From Escherichia coli (lineage in GTDB: Bacteria > Pseudomonadota > Gammaproteobacteria > Enterobacterales > Enterobacteriaceae), in the NCBI RefSeq assembly GCF_041248615.1, contig NZ_CP158426.1: a DNA stretch of 64,000 bases. One strand, written 5' to 3'. Shown here piece after piece: positions 9,618 to 20,520 of the stretch (the stretch's first letter is position 1; the number at the start of each line of letters is the position of its first letter). The position numbers were made by a program, and so were the translations under genes. The notes beneath the pieces were generated by a model. That model was not told the origin of the DNA. It worked only from the letters and a program-made list of their open reading frames with translations, and ran no database searches.

Positions 9618-11651
9618 TTATTTCACCTGATGACCCGGTTTAGCACCGGCATCCGGGCTTAGCAGGAAAATATCTTTCCCGCCAGGACCGGCAGCCATCA
9701 CCATGCCTTCAGAGATACCGAAGCGCATTTTACGTGGTGCCAGGTTAGCCACCATAATGGTGTGACGACCAATCAGTGCCTGCGGATCCGGGTAGGCAGA
9801 ACGAATGCCGGAGAAGACATTGCGTTTTTCACCGCCGAGATCCAGCGTCAGGCGCAGCAGTTTGTCAGAACCTTCAACAAACTCTGCGTTTTCGATCAAC
9901 GCCACGCGCAGGTCAACTTTGGCGAAGTCGTCAAAGGTGATGGTTTCCTGAATCGGATCATCTGCCAGTGGGCCAGTTACTGGCGCGGCAGTGGCTTTCA
10001 CTTCTTCTTTAGAGGCTTCCACCAGTGCTTCAACCTGCTTCATGTCGATGCGGTTATACAGCGCTTTGAACGGATTCACTTTATGGCCCAACAGCGGTTG
10101 TTGGATACCATCCCAGGTCAGTTCCGTATTAAGGAATGCTTCTGCACGCTCGGTCAGTTTCGGCAGTACCGGCTTCAGGTAAGTCATCAGCACGCGGAAC
10201 AGGTTTATGCCCATCGAGCAAATTGCCTGCAGGTCGGCATCGCGGCCTTCCTGTTTTGCGACTACCCACGGAGCCTGTTCATCGACATAACGGTTAGCAA
10301 GATCAGCCAGCGCCATGATTTCGCGGATCGCTTTACCAAATTCGCGGCTTTCCCACGCTTCACCAATCACTTCAGCGGCATCAGTGAAGGTTTTGTACAG
10401 TTGCGGGTCAGCCAGTTCGCTTGCCAGCACACCGTCAAAACGCTTGTTGATAAAGCCCGCGTTACGGGAGGCCAGGTTAACCACTTTATTCACGATATCG
10501 GCATTCACACGCTGAACGAAATCTTCCAGGTTGAGATCGATATCATCAATGCGCGAAGAGAGTTTCGCAGTGTAGTAGTAACGCAGGCTGTCGGCGTCAA
10601 AATGATTCAGCCAGGTGCTGGCCTTAATAAAGGTACCGCGAGACTTAGACATCTTCGCGCCGTTCACCGTCACATAGCCATGAACAAACAGGTTAGTCGG
10701 CTTGCGGAAGTTGCTGCCTTCCAGCATTGCTGGCCAGAACAGGCTGTGGAAGTAAACAATATCTTTGCCGATGAAGTGATACAGCTCGGCGGTGGAATCT
10801 TTCTTCCAGTATTCATCGAAGCTGGTGGTGTCGCCGCGTTTGTCGCACAGATTCTTGAAGGAACCCATGTAGCCAATCGGCGCATCCAGCCAGACGTAGA
10901 AATATTTGCCCGGTGCGTTCGGAATTTCAAAACCGAAGTATGGCGCATCGCGGGAGATATCCCACTGTTGCAGGCCAGATTCAAACCACTCCTGCATTTT
11001 GTTTGCCACTTGCTCCTGCAACGCGCCGCTGCGGGTCCATGCCTGCAACATTTCGCTGAAAGAGGGCAGATCAAAGAAGAAGTGTTCAGAATCACGCATT
11101 ACCGGCGTAGCACCAGAAACCACCGATTTAGGCTCGATCAGCTCAGTCGGGCTGTAGGTCGCGCCACAAACTTCACAGTTATCGCCGTATTGATCCGGGG
11201 ATTTACATTTCGGGCAGGTGCCTTTTACAAAACGGTCCGGCAGGAACATGCCTTTTTCCGGATCGTACAGCTGAGAGATAGTGCGGTTTTTAATAAAACC
11301 GTTCTCTTTCAGGCGAGAATAAATAAGTTCTGAGAACTGGCGGTTCTCTTCGCTGTGCGTCGAGTGATAGTTGTCATAGCTGATGTTAAAGCCTGCGAAA
11401 TCAGTCTGATGCTCCTGACTCATTTCGCCAATCATCTGCTCCGGGGTGATACCAAGCTGCTGAGCTTTCAGCATGATCGGTGTGCCGTGGGCATCGTCGG
11501 CGCAAATGAAGTTGACCTCGTGGCCGCGCATTCGCTGGTAACGGACCCAGACATCAGCCTGGATGTGCTCCAGCATATGGCCGAGGTGGATTGAGCCGTT
11601 AGCGTACGGCAGTGCGCACGTCACCAGAATTTTCTTCGCGACTTGAGTCAT
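9618..11651 (-). CDS. metG: Methionyl-tRNA synthetase (677 aa from '[25 protein letters not shown]')
   Basis: HIGH motif '[11 protein letters not shown]' and KMSKS 'KMSKS' are present in the translation; length and N-terminus match K-12 MetG. Confidence 0.95.
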   Translation of the reverse strand: MTQVAKKILVTCALPYANGSIHLGHMLEHIQADVWVRYQRMRGHEVNFICADDAHGTPIMLKAQQLGITPEQMIGEMSQEHQTDFAGFNISYDNYHSTHSEENRQFSELIYSRLKENGFIKNRTISQLYDPEKGMFLPDRFVKGTCPKCKSPDQYGDNCEVCGATYSPTELIEPKSVVSGATPVMRDSEHFFFDLPSFSEMLQAWTRSGALQEQVANKMQEWFESGLQQWDISRDAPYFGFEIPNAPGKYFYVWLDAPIGYMGSFKNLCDKRGDTTSFDEYWKKDSTAELYHFIGKDIVYFHSLFWPAMLEGSNFRKPTNLFVHGYVTVNGAKMSKSRGTFIKASTWLNHFDADSLRYYYTAKLSSRIDDIDLNLEDFVQRVNADIVNKVVNLASRNAGFINKRFDGVLASELADPQLYKTFTDAAEVIGEAWESREFGKAIREIMALADLANRYVDEQAPWVVAKQEGRDADLQAICSMGINLFRVLMTYLKPVLPKLTERAEAFLNTELTWDGIQQPLLGHKVNPFKALYNRIDMKQVEALVEASKEEVKATAAPVTGPLADDPIQETITFDDFAKVDLRVALIENAEFVEGSDKLLRLTLDLGGEKRNVFSGIRSAYPDPQALIGRHTIMVANLAPRKMRFGISEGMVMAAGPGGKDIFLLSPDAGAKPGHQVK

Positions 11652-11782
11652 AGTAGGCATTACTTCTTAATAGTGAAAAGGGGTTAGATAGTACCAAATG
11701 GGAAAATGTTAAGTAAGTACTTCTCTATATTCTTCAGGTAAACTATCAGCTGATGGTTTATCTATACAAAAAAGGAGTCGGG

Positions 11783-12892
11783 ATGAACGAACAATCCCAG
11801 GCCAAATCACCAGAAGCCTTGCGCGCAATGGTCGCCGGGACACTGGCCAATTTTCAGCACCCAACCCTGAAGCATAACCTCACCACGCTGAAAGCGTTGC
11901 ACCATGTCGCCTGGATGGACGACACGTTGCATGTGGAACTGGTTATGCCATTCGTCTGGCATAGCGCGTTCGAAGAGTTAAAAGAGCAATGTAGCGCCGA
12001 ACTGCTGCGCATCACCGGGGCGAAAGCTATCGACTGGAAACTGTCGCACAATATCGCCACCTTAAAACGCGTGAAGAATCAGCCGGGAATTAACGGCGTG
12101 AAGAACATCATTGCGGTCAGCTCCGGTAAAGGCGGCGTGGGTAAATCTTCCACGGCGGTAAACCTGGCGTTGGCACTCGCGGCGGAAGGGGCGAAAGTCG
12201 GCATTCTGGACGCCGATATCTACGGCCCATCAATCCCCACCATGCTGGGCGCAGAAAATCAGCGTCCAACTTCGCCGGACGGTACCCATATGGCACCGAT
12301 TATGTCTCATGGACTGGCAACCAATTCAATTGGTTATCTGGTCACTGACGACAATGCGATGGTGTGGCGTGGTCCGATGGCGAGCAAGGCGTTAATGCAG
12401 ATGTTGCAGGAAACCTTGTGGCCGGATCTCGACTATCTGGTGCTTGATATGCCGCCAGGCACCGGTGACATTCAATTGACACTGGCACAAAACATTCCAG
12501 TAACTGGCGCGGTAGTGGTCACCACCCCGCAGGACATTGCGTTGATCGATGCGAAAAAAGGCATTGTGATGTTCGAGAAAGTCGAGGTTCCGGTGCTCGG
12601 TATTGTCGAGAACATGAGTGTGCATATTTGCAGTAACTGTGGTCACCATGAACCGATTTTCGGTACCGGTGGTGCTGAGAAACTGGCTGAAAAATACCAC
12701 ACACAGCTGCTGGGGCAGATGCCGTTACACATCTCCTTACGTGAGGATCTCGATAAAGGCACGCCAACGGTTATCAGCCGTCCGGAGAGCGAATTTACCG
12801 CTATCTACCGCCAGCTGGCTGACCGCGTTGCAGCTCAGCTCTACTGGCAGGGTGAAGTCATTCCAGGCGAGATTTCCTTCCGCGCGGTCTAA
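11783..12892 (+). CDS. mrp: Fe-S cluster carrier ATPase Mrp/ApbC (369 aa from 'MNEQSQAKSPEAL')
   Basis: Shine-Dalgarno AAGGAG 6 nt upstream; P-loop 'GKGGVGKSS'; divergent to metG as in K-12. Confidence 0.9.
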   Translation: MNEQSQAKSPEALRAMVAGTLANFQHPTLKHNLTTLKALHHVAWMDDTLHVELVMPFVWHSAFEELKEQCSAELLRITGAKAIDWKLSHNIATLKRVKNQPGINGVKNIIAVSSGKGGVGKSSTAVNLALALAAEGAKVGILDADIYGPSIPTMLGAENQRPTSPDGTHMAPIMSHGLATNSIGYLVTDDNAMVWRGPMASKALMQMLQETLWPDLDYLVLDMPPGTGDIQLTLAQNIPVTGAVVVTTPQDIALIDAKKGIVMFEKVEVPVLGIVENMSVHICSNCGHHEPIFGTGGAEKLAEKYHTQLLGQMPLHISLREDLDKGTPTVISRPESEFTAIYRQLADRVAAQLYWQGEVIPGEISFRAV

Positions 12893-12922
12893 CGCCTATT
12901 AACCATTCTGGTTATTCTTCAT

Positions 12923-12963
12923 ACACCGCAGAGATGTTACATTGATGCGGTGTATTTGTTTTT
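12923..12963 (+). terminator. Rho-independent terminator after mrp (ACACCGCAgagatgttacattgaTGCGGTGT plus T-run)
   Basis: Hairpin and T-tract seen directly. Confidence 0.65.
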
Positions 12964-13154
12964 GCCGCATTAATGAACACTTATTTAATACTGCGAATAT
13001 TCTGCGGACCTTCGTCCGAAACTCTACAAAGTCGATTGATCGTACAGGCAATGCTTCATTATCATCCTTCGTGGCTGTGTAGTGGATGTACAGCTATAGT
13101 TTGTTATGCACTCATTCTATCCAGGCATAACCTTTACTACAGGGATAACGTTCA

Positions 13155-13436
13155 ATGAATAAGTATTGGCTGTCAGGAATTATTTTTCTTGCCTATGGAT
13201 TGGCTTCTCCCGCATTCTCTTCAGAGACTGCCACATTAGCGATTAATGGCAGGATCAGTCCCCCAACATGCAGTATGGCTATGGTTAATGGTCAACCTCA
13301 ACAGCATTGTGGTCAGTTAACGTATGATGTTGATACCCGTCATCAGGTTTCTTCGCCAGTCAAAGGTGTAACGACAGAAGTGGTTGTTGCAGGTAGCGAT
13401 AGCAAACGTCGAATCGTGTTAAATCGCTACGATTAA
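13155..13436 (+). CDS. yehE: YehE, small secreted protein (93 aa, signal peptide)
   Basis: N-terminal signal-peptide-like 'MNKYWLSGIIFLAYGLASPAFS'; position before the yeh fimbrial operon. Confidence 0.65.
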   Translation: MNKYWLSGIIFLAYGLASPAFSSETATLAINGRISPPTCSMAMVNGQPQQHCGQLTYDVDTRHQVSSPVKGVTTEVVVAGSDSKRRIVLNRYD

Positions 13437-13468
13437 TTTGCCACCCTGGTTTTTTAATCGAATTTAGA

Positions 13469-13508
13469 AAGCTGAAATCATCCGTGTGAATGATTTCAGC
13501 TTTTTTAT
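13469..13508 (+). terminator. Terminator after yehE (GCTGAAATCAtccgtgtgaaTGATTTCAGC plus TTTTTT)
   Basis: Perfect 10-bp stem followed by a T6 run. Confidence 0.7.
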
Positions 13509-13730
13509 TGATATCAATAATACCATTTACAAAAATCTGCATTAATTAATAGATGTGATAAATATTTAATATGCTTAAGTATTTGTTGTATTTATATTGC
13601 AATAGTTAATTTGTTTTAAATCAATAAAACAATATGTTTACATTGCTGCAACTTTTTTGATGTGAGAAATTTGTTTCCAAGAGATACAGACTCTTAACAA
13701 CCAAAAATAAATTTTATTAAGGAACATATT

Positions 13731-14273
13731 ATGAAACGTTCAATTATTGCTGCCGCTGTCTTTTCTTCTTTTTTTATGAGCGCTGGGGTATTTGCCGCAG
13801 ACGTTGATACCGGAACATTAACCATTAAAGGGAATATTGCAGAATCTCCGTGTAAATTCGAAGCGGGTGGCGATTCAGTAAGTATTAATATGCCAACTGT
13901 ACCAACCACTGTCTTTGAAGGTAAAGCTAAATACTCGACCTATGATGATGCAGTCGGTGTAACCAGCAGCATGTTAAAAATTAGCTGTCCGAAAGAAGTT
14001 GCTGGTGTAAAACTCTCGTTGATTACCAACGATAAAATAACCGGAAACGATAAGGCGATAGCCAGTAGCAACGATACCGTGGGGTACTATCTCTATTTAG
14101 GTGATAACAGCGATGTCCTGGATGTTTCTGCACCTTTTAACATTGAGAGTTATAAGACAGCGGAAGGTCAATATGCTATTCCGTTTAAAGCAAAATACCT
14201 GAAGCTGACAGATAATTCAGTGCAATCAGGTGATGTGTTATCTTCTCTGGTTATGCGTGTGGCGCAGGATTAA
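13731..14273 (+). CDS. yehD: Fimbrial major subunit (chaperone-usher), YehD
   Basis: Signal peptide and fimbrial subunit size (180 aa); followed by chaperone and usher genes. Confidence 0.8.
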   Translation: MKRSIIAAAVFSSFFMSAGVFAADVDTGTLTIKGNIAESPCKFEAGGDSVSINMPTVPTTVFEGKAKYSTYDDAVGVTSSMLKISCPKEVAGVKLSLITNDKITGNDKAIASSNDTVGYYLYLGDNSDVLDVSAPFNIESYKTAEGQYAIPFKAKYLKLTDNSVQSGDVLSSLVMRVAQD

Positions 14274-14353
14274 TAAATAAAATTTCAAGTTTCTCCAGGT
14301 AATAAACATGGCCGCTATCCCCATGGCGGCCTTTTAATTTAAGAGGCATTAAG

Positions 14354-15028
14354 ATGAAAGGATTATTTGCTTTACTCATTTCTTCTATGGTCCTTCCTGC
14401 ACATGCCGGTATTGTTATCTACGGGACGCGCATTATTTACCCGGCAGAAAATAAAGAAGTGATGGTGCAGTTGATGAATCAGGGAAACCGTTCTTCGCTG
14501 CTGCAGGCGTGGATTGATGATGGCGATACGTCGTTACCACCAGAAAAAATTCAGGTTCCTTTCATGTTAACGCCACCAGTGGCAAAAATAGGGGCAAATT
14601 CCGGGCAGCAAGTAAAAATCAAAATTATGCCGAATAAACTGCCCACTAATAAAGAGAGCATTTTTTATCTGAATGTTCTGGATATTCCACCAAATAGTCC
14701 AGAGCAAGAGGGCAAGAATGCACTGAAATTTGCAATGCAAAACAGAATCAAATTGTTTTACCGGCCTGCGGGTATTGCACCGGTAAATAAAGCGACATTT
14801 AAAAAGTTACTGGTAAATCGCAGTGGCAATGGATTGGTGATAAAAAATGACTCAGCAAATTGGGTGACGATTTCGGATGTCAAAGCTAATAATGTCAAAG
14901 TCAATTATGAAACTATTATGATTGCCCCCTTAGAAAGTCAGAGTATTAATGTCAAAAGTAATAATGCGAATAACTGGCATCTGACCATTATCGATGACCA
15001 TGGCAACTATATTAGTGACAAAATTTAA
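14354..15028 (+). CDS. yehC: Periplasmic fimbrial chaperone (PapD-like), YehC
   Basis: 224 aa with signal peptide; its position immediately before the usher. Confidence 0.85.
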   Translation: MKGLFALLISSMVLPAHAGIVIYGTRIIYPAENKEVMVQLMNQGNRSSLLQAWIDDGDTSLPPEKIQVPFMLTPPVAKIGANSGQQVKIKIMPNKLPTNKESIFYLNVLDIPPNSPEQEGKNALKFAMQNRIKLFYRPAGIAPVNKATFKKLLVNRSGNGLVIKNDSANWVTISDVKANNVKVNYETIMIAPLESQSINVKSNNANNWHLTIIDDHGNYISDKI

Positions 15029-15043
15029 TTGCAGGAGCTGCCT

Positions 15044-17524
15044 ATGTTGAGAATGACCCCACTTGCATCAGCAATCGTAGCGTTATTGCTCGGCATTGAA
15101 GCTTATGCAGCTGAAGAAACCTTTGATACCCATTTTATGATAGGTGGAATGAAAGACCAGCAGGTTGCAAATATTCGTCTTGATGATAATCAACCCTTGC
15201 CGGGGCAGTATGACATCGATATTTATGTCAATAAGCAATGGCGCGGGAAATATGAGATTATTGTTAAAGAAAACCCGCAAGAAACATGTTTATCAAGGGA
15301 AATTATCAAGCGGTTAGGCATTAATACCGATAACTTTTCCAGCGGTAAGCAATGTTTAACATTTAAGCAACTTATTCAGGGCGGGAGCTATACCTGGGAT
15401 ATCGGAGTTTTTCGTCTCGATTTCAGTGTCCCGCAAGCCTGGGTGGAAGAACTGGAAAGTGGCTATGTACCACCTGAAAACTGGGAGCGGGGTATTAATG
15501 CGTTTTATACCTCTTATTATATGAGTCAGTATTACAGCGATTATAAAGCGTCCGGTAATAGCAAGAGTACATATGTACGTTTTAACAGCGGGTTAAACTT
15601 ACTGGGGTGGCAACTGCATTCTGATGCCAGTTTCAGTAAAACAAATAACAATCCAGGGGTGTGGAAAAGCAATACCCTGTATCTGGAACGTGGATTTGCC
15701 CAACTTCTCGGCACGCTTCGCGTGGGTGATATGTACACATCAAGCGATATTTTTGATTCTGTTCGCTTCAGCGGTGTGCGGTTGTTTCGTGATATGCAGA
15801 TGTTGCCTAACTCGAAACAGAATTTTACTCCACGGGTGCAGGGGATTGCTCAGAGTAACGCGCTGGTAACTATTGAACAGAACGGCTTTGTGGTTTATCA
15901 GAAAGAGGTTCCTCCTGGCCCGTTTGCGATTACAGATTTGCAGTTGGCCGGTGGTGGAGCAGATCTTGATGTCAGCGTGAAAGAGGCGGACGGTTCGGTA
16001 ACCACCTATCTGGTGCCTTATGCAGCGGTGCCGAATATGCTGCAACCTGGCGTGTCGAAATATGATTTTGCGGCGGGTCGTAGCCATATTGAAGGGGCGA
16101 GCAAACAAAGTGATTTTGTCCAGGCGGGTTATCAGTATGGTTTTAATAACTTATTGACGCTGTATGGCGGATCGATGGTCGCGAATAATTATTACGCGTT
16201 CACTTTGGGGACTAGCTGGAATACACGCATTGGTGCCATTTCCGTCGATGCCACGAAGTCGCATAGTAAACAAGACAACGGCGATGTGTTTGACGGGCAA
16301 AGTTATCAAATTGCCTACAACAAATTTGTGAGCCAAACGTCGACGCGTTTTGGTCTGGCGGCCTGGCGTTATTCGTCGCGTGATTACCGGACATTTAACG
16401 ATCACGTTTGGGCAAACAATAAAGATAATTATCGCCGTGATGAAAACGATATCTATGACATTGCCGATTATTACCAGAACGATTTTGGCCGTAAAAATAG
16501 CTTTTCTGCCAATATGAGCCAGTCATTGCCAGAAGGCTGGGGTTCTGTGTCCTTAAGTACGTTATGGCGAGATTACTGGGGGCGTAGCGGCAGCAGTAAG
16601 GATTATCAGTTGAGTTATTCCAACAACCTGCGACGGATAAGCTATACCCTCGCGGCAAGCCAGGCTTATGACGAGAATCATCATGAAGAGAAACGTTTTA
16701 ATATTTTTATATCGATTCCCTTTGATTGGGGTGATGACGTTACGACGCCTCGTCGGCAAATATATATGTCTAACTCAACGACGTTTGATGATCAGGGTTT
16801 TGCCTCAAATAATACGGGATTATCGGGAACCGTTGGAAACCGGGATCAATTTAACTATGGGGTCAACCTGAGTCATCAGCATCAGGGAAATGAAACAACA
16901 GCTGGAGCGAATTTAACCTGGAACGCGCCGGTGGCAACGGTGAATGGCAGTTATAGTCAGTCGAGTACTTATCGACAGGCTGGAGCCAGTGTTTCAGGGG
17001 GCATTGTCGCCTGGTCGGGTGGCGTTAATCTGGCGAACCGTCTTTCCGAAACGTTTGCAGTGATGAATGCGCCAGGAATTAAAGATGCTTATGTCAATGG
17101 GCAAAAATATCGCACAACAAACCGTAATGGAGTGGTGGTATACGACGGAATGACACCTTATCGGGAAAATCACCTGATGCTGGATGTGTCGCAAAGCGAT
17201 AGCGAAGCAGAATTGCGCGGTAACCGGAAAATTGCCGCACCTTATCGCGGCGCGGTTGTACTGGTTAATTTTGATACCGATCAGCGCAAGCCCTGGTTTA
17301 TAAAAGCGTTAAGAACGGATGGGCAACCATTAACGTTTGGTTATGAAGTCAATGATATCCATGGTCATAATATTGGCGTTGTCGGCCAGGGAAGCCAGTT
17401 ATTTATTCGCACCAATGAAGTTCCGCCATCGGTTAATGTAGCAATTGATAAGCAACAAGGACTTTCATGCACAATCACCTTCGGTAAAGAGATTGATGAA
17501 AGTAGAAATTATATTTGCCAGTAA
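15044..17524 (+). CDS. yehB: Outer-membrane fimbrial usher, YehB (826 aa from 'MLRMTPLASA')
   Basis: Large beta-barrel usher-like protein; AGGAG 8 nt upstream of the chosen ATG (the provided ORF starts 5 codons earlier). Confidence 0.85.
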   Translation: MLRMTPLASAIVALLLGIEAYAAEETFDTHFMIGGMKDQQVANIRLDDNQPLPGQYDIDIYVNKQWRGKYEIIVKENPQETCLSREIIKRLGINTDNFSSGKQCLTFKQLIQGGSYTWDIGVFRLDFSVPQAWVEELESGYVPPENWERGINAFYTSYYMSQYYSDYKASGNSKSTYVRFNSGLNLLGWQLHSDASFSKTNNNPGVWKSNTLYLERGFAQLLGTLRVGDMYTSSDIFDSVRFSGVRLFRDMQMLPNSKQNFTPRVQGIAQSNALVTIEQNGFVVYQKEVPPGPFAITDLQLAGGGADLDVSVKEADGSVTTYLVPYAAVPNMLQPGVSKYDFAAGRSHIEGASKQSDFVQAGYQYGFNNLLTLYGGSMVANNYYAFTLGTSWNTRIGAISVDATKSHSKQDNGDVFDGQSYQIAYNKFVSQTSTRFGLAAWRYSSRDYRTFNDHVWANNKDNYRRDENDIYDIADYYQNDFGRKNSFSANMSQSLPEGWGSVSLSTLWRDYWGRSGSSKDYQLSYSNNLRRISYTLAASQAYDENHHEEKRFNIFISIPFDWGDDVTTPRRQIYMSNSTTFDDQGFASNNTGLSGTVGNRDQFNYGVNLSHQHQGNETTAGANLTWNAPVATVNGSYSQSSTYRQAGASVSGGIVAWSGGVNLANRLSETFAVMNAPGIKDAYVNGQKYRTTNRNGVVVYDGMTPYRENHLMLDVSQSDSEAELRGNRKIAAPYRGAVVLVNFDTDQRKPWFIKALRTDGQPLTFGYEVNDIHGHNIGVVGQGSQLFIRTNEVPPSVNVAIDKQQGLSCTITFGKEIDESRNYICQ

Positions 17525-17539
17525 TAGTCAGGTGGTTCT

Positions 17540-18574
17540 ATGAAAATTCGCATAATGCTATTTATATTAATGATGATGGTTATGCCAGTGAGCTATGCAG
17601 CATGTTATAGTGAGTTATCTGTTCAGCACAATTTGGTTGTTCAGGGGGATTTTGCACTTATTCAAACACAAATAGCGACATATGAGCATAATTTTAATGA
17701 TTCGTCATGCGTGAGTACAAATACTATCACCCCTATGAGCCCGTCGGATATTATTGTTGGACTTTATAACGATACCATTAAATTAAATTTACATTTTGAA
17801 TGGACCAATAAAAACAACATCACGTTGTCAAATAATCAGACCAGTTTCACCAGTGGTTATTCGGTAACGGTGACACCTGCGGCCAGTAATGCAAAAGTGA
17901 ATGTTTCTGCGGGGGGCGGCGGTTCAGTAATGATTAATGGTGTTGCAACATTATCCAGTGCTTCATCATCGACACGCGGGAGTGCTGCAGTACAATTTTT
18001 ACTGTGTTTATTCGGTGGCAAGTCATGGGATGCATGTGTAAATAGCTACAGAAATGCATTGGCACAAAATGCAGGTGTCTATTCCTTTAATCTGACATTG
18101 TCATACAACCCGATAACCACAACCTGCAAACCGGACGATTTATTAATTACTTTAGAGAGTATTCCCGTTTCACAATTACCAGCCAAAGGTAACAAAGCAA
18201 CAATAAATAGTAACAAAGGGGATATTGTTCTGCGTTGTAAAAACTTATTAGGTCAACAAAATCAAACATCACGGAAAATGCAGGTGTATTTATCAAGTTC
18301 TGACTTGTGGGGCAGTAGTAACACGATCCTGAAAGGTGCGGAAGATAATGGCGTAGGATTTATTCTTGAAAGTAATGGTTCGCCAGTCACACTTTTAAAT
18401 ATCACTAACAGCAGTAAAGGATATACAAATTTAAAGGAAGTTGCTGCGAAGTCAAAACTTACAGATACAACGGTTTCAATTCCGATAACTGCCAGTTACT
18501 ACGTCTACGATACAAACAAAGTTAAATCTGGCGCACTGGAGGCAACCGCATTAATCAACGTGAAATACGACTAA
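17540..18574 (+). CDS. yehA: Fimbrial adhesin-like subunit YehA (344 aa)
   Basis: Signal peptide; last gene of the operon; Ser/Thr/Asn-rich protein. Confidence 0.75.
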   Translation: MKIRIMLFILMMMVMPVSYAACYSELSVQHNLVVQGDFALIQTQIATYEHNFNDSSCVSTNTITPMSPSDIIVGLYNDTIKLNLHFEWTNKNNITLSNNQTSFTSGYSVTVTPAASNAKVNVSAGGGGSVMINGVATLSSASSSTRGSAAVQFLLCLFGGKSWDACVNSYRNALAQNAGVYSFNLTLSYNPITTTCKPDDLLITLESIPVSQLPAKGNKATINSNKGDIVLRCKNLLGQQNQTSRKMQVYLSSSDLWGSSNTILKGAEDNGVGFILESNGSPVTLLNITNSSKGYTNLKEVAAKSKLTDTTVSIPITASYYVYDTNKVKSGALEATALINVKYD

Positions 18575-18629
18575 TAACAAGCAAGACGAGCAAGTGGCTA
18601 ATAATAAAAATAATAAGGTGTCTGCATTT

Positions 18630-18657
18630 CCCCCTCTCTTCGAGGGGGCTTTTTTTC
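18630..18657 (+). terminator. Terminator after yehA (CCCCCTCtcttcGAGGGGG plus T7), overlapping the rcnB stop on the other strand
   Basis: Seen directly in the window. Confidence 0.75.
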
Positions 18658-18994
18658 AGCGATGATAAAAAATCTCACCGTCGTAGGCTTTAATGATTTT
18701 ACCGTCGGTGTCGTTGATCAACACGTACGCGCCACCCATATAGGTCCAGTGTGTCCCGGCATCAGGCGCGGGCAGGTTACGTAACTGCCACTGCTTAATG
18801 TTGTACTCATCGGTGCGGTACATCTCTGGGACGGTATCGCCTGGTTTGAAATGCTTAAAGTCAGCAATGAAACTGCTTAACTCATACTTAGAAATTCCCG
18901 AGGTATTGGTCGAACCCGCGGTGGCTGGTGCGGCCCAGGCGGCACTGGTAACCAGCAAAAGCACACCCAGCAACATCTTATTTTTAATGGTCAT
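18656..18994 (-). CDS. rcnB: Periplasmic Ni/Co homeostasis protein RcnB/YohN (112 aa from internal Met 'MTIKNKMLLGVLLL')
   Basis: Signal peptide; position downstream of rcnA; the start was chosen to match the K-12 length. Confidence 0.75.
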   Translation of the reverse strand: MTIKNKMLLGVLLLVTSAAWAAPATAGSTNTSGISKYELSSFIADFKHFKPGDTVPEMYRTDEYNIKQWQLRNLPAPDAGTHWTYMGGAYVLINDTDGKIIKAYDGEIFYHR

Positions 18995-19212
18995 AAACTC
19001 TCCACTTTGGGGATCTGTAATATCAGTCGCATATCTTTCCTGCCATACAATATAACTGACAAGCGATATTTTGTTAGTGATCCCATGATTTCGTAAAAAG
19101 TGTAAATGAAAGGATGCCCTAAAAGCATCCTTAGCGAGCAGAGAGTCAGCGGAAATAGCTGATTTAAGAATCATCCTGGGCTGAAGATAACATGCAAGCC
19201 TAAAGGATTGAG

Positions 19213-20037
19213 TTATCGCATTATGCCCATGAAGCCATGTACGCCCATATACACACCAACTAAGCCAATCAACAGACTGGAAAAATAGGGGGCGCGTTTA
19301 GCGAGAGTGTTAAATCCGCTCCAGCGTTTTGCGACCTGCTGAACGCTGATTGCTGCGCCAACGCCTACGGTGACCAGCGTTAACGCCAGGCCAATGCTGA
19401 AACTGACGACCAGTGTTGCGCCCAGTGTCAGGGCTTTCAACTGAATGCAAATCAACAGCACGGTAATTGCTGCCGGGCAGGGGATAAGGCCACCGGTTAA
19501 GCCAAATAACAAAATTTGCCAGTTGGTGACCTCTCTACCATCAAAGCGTCGTTTAATGTCATTGGCATGGGCTCGTGCATGGGCATCCTGATACTCGCCA
19601 TGTTCGTGATGGTGATGATGTCCATGGTCGTGGTGATCTTCGTGATCGTGGTGATGATGCTCATGATCATGCTCGTGCATATTCTCCAGCCAGTTTCGTT
19701 CGCCGCGCCAGGTACGCCAGAACATCCAGAACGCGGTGCCAATAATGATCACTGCGGAAATCAACTGGAGCCACGGTTCTGCTGATTGAGCAGTAAAGCG
19801 CTTGCTGATCACCATCCCGCCAAAGGCAATCAACCAGACCACTGCGGTATGCGAAATGGTTGCTGCCAGTCCGAGCATCACCGCCTGTTTAATGGTGCCT
19901 TTGATGGCGATGATAAACGCCGCCATCATCGTTTTTGAGTGCCCTGGTTCCAGGCCATGAAGCGCACCAAGTAAGATGGCGCTGGGGATGAAGAACCAGG
20001 CGTTTCCTTGCTGAAGAAGAGTTGTAAATTCGGTCAT
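19213..20037 (-). CDS. rcnA: Nickel/cobalt efflux pump RcnA (274 aa) with His-rich cytoplasmic loop
   Basis: His-rich loop 'HEHDHEHHHHDHEDHHDHGHHHHHEHGEYQDAHARAHA'; flanking transmembrane segments. Confidence 0.9.
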   Translation of the reverse strand: MTEFTTLLQQGNAWFFIPSAILLGALHGLEPGHSKTMMAAFIIAIKGTIKQAVMLGLAATISHTAVVWLIAFGGMVISKRFTAQSAEPWLQLISAVIIIGTAFWMFWRTWRGERNWLENMHEHDHEHHHHDHEDHHDHGHHHHHEHGEYQDAHARAHANDIKRRFDGREVTNWQILLFGLTGGLIPCPAAITVLLICIQLKALTLGATLVVSFSIGLALTLVTVGVGAAISVQQVAKRWSGFNTLAKRAPYFSSLLIGLVGVYMGVHGFMGIMR

Positions 20038-20073
20038 GATAATAATTCTTAGTATTAATTCGGCAATCTGATT

Positions 20074-20108
20074 CTACTCCCCCCCAGTACCTGATACTAC
20101 CCCCCAGT
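20074..20108. promoter_or_regulatory. Two RcnR operator sites of TACT-G6-N-AGTA type (TACTCCCCCCCAGTA and TACTACCCCCCAGTA) in the rcnA-rcnR intergenic region
   Basis: Motifs seen at 20074-20088 and 20094-20108. They match the published RcnR recognition motif as I recall it. Confidence 0.7.
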
Positions 20109-20157
20109 AGATTAATAGTGCTATGATTTTTCATATTCTTATTAACCAGGTGTTGCC

Positions 20158-20430
20158 ATGTCTCATACCATCCGTGATAAACAGAAACTGAAAGCGCGTG
20201 CCAGTAAGATTCAGGGCCAGGTCGTGGCGCTCAAGAAAATGCTCGACGAGCCGCACGAATGCGCTGCAGTTTTACAACAGATTGCTGCTATCCGTGGCGC
20301 GGTAAACGGTCTGATGCGGGAAGTGATTAAAGGTCATCTGACGGAACACATCGTTCACCAGGGGGATGAGCTAAAACGTGAAGAAGATCTGGATGTCGTT
20401 CTGAAGGTGCTGGATTCTTATATCAAATAA
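20158..20430 (+). CDS. rcnR: Ni/Co-responsive repressor RcnR (90 aa, CsoR/RcnR family)
   Basis: Size, position and divergent orientation relative to rcnA. Confidence 0.9.
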
Positions 20431-20520
20431 TTTATTAACGCTATTGTAAAACTGCCGTTTTTCCTCGTTTACAACGCGTGCGCTGGACATTACCATCCTC
20501 CTCTGCGATTTATCATCGCA

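Noticed and set aside
9762-11333. 523-aa ORF on the plus strand
   Set aside because: It lies entirely antisense to metG, whose product has the HIGH/KMSKS motifs. It has no Shine-Dalgarno and its composition is just the mirror of metG codons, so I treat it as a spurious antisense ORF.
12973-13158. 61-aa ORF upstream of or overlapping the yehE start
   Set aside because: It has no Shine-Dalgarno, lies in an AT-rich intergenic leader, and overlaps the yehE start, so it is likely non-coding.
19516-19785. 89-aa ORF rich in M/V/I on the plus strand
   Set aside because: It is the antisense reading of the His-codon-rich (CAT/CAC) loop of rcnA, not a gene.
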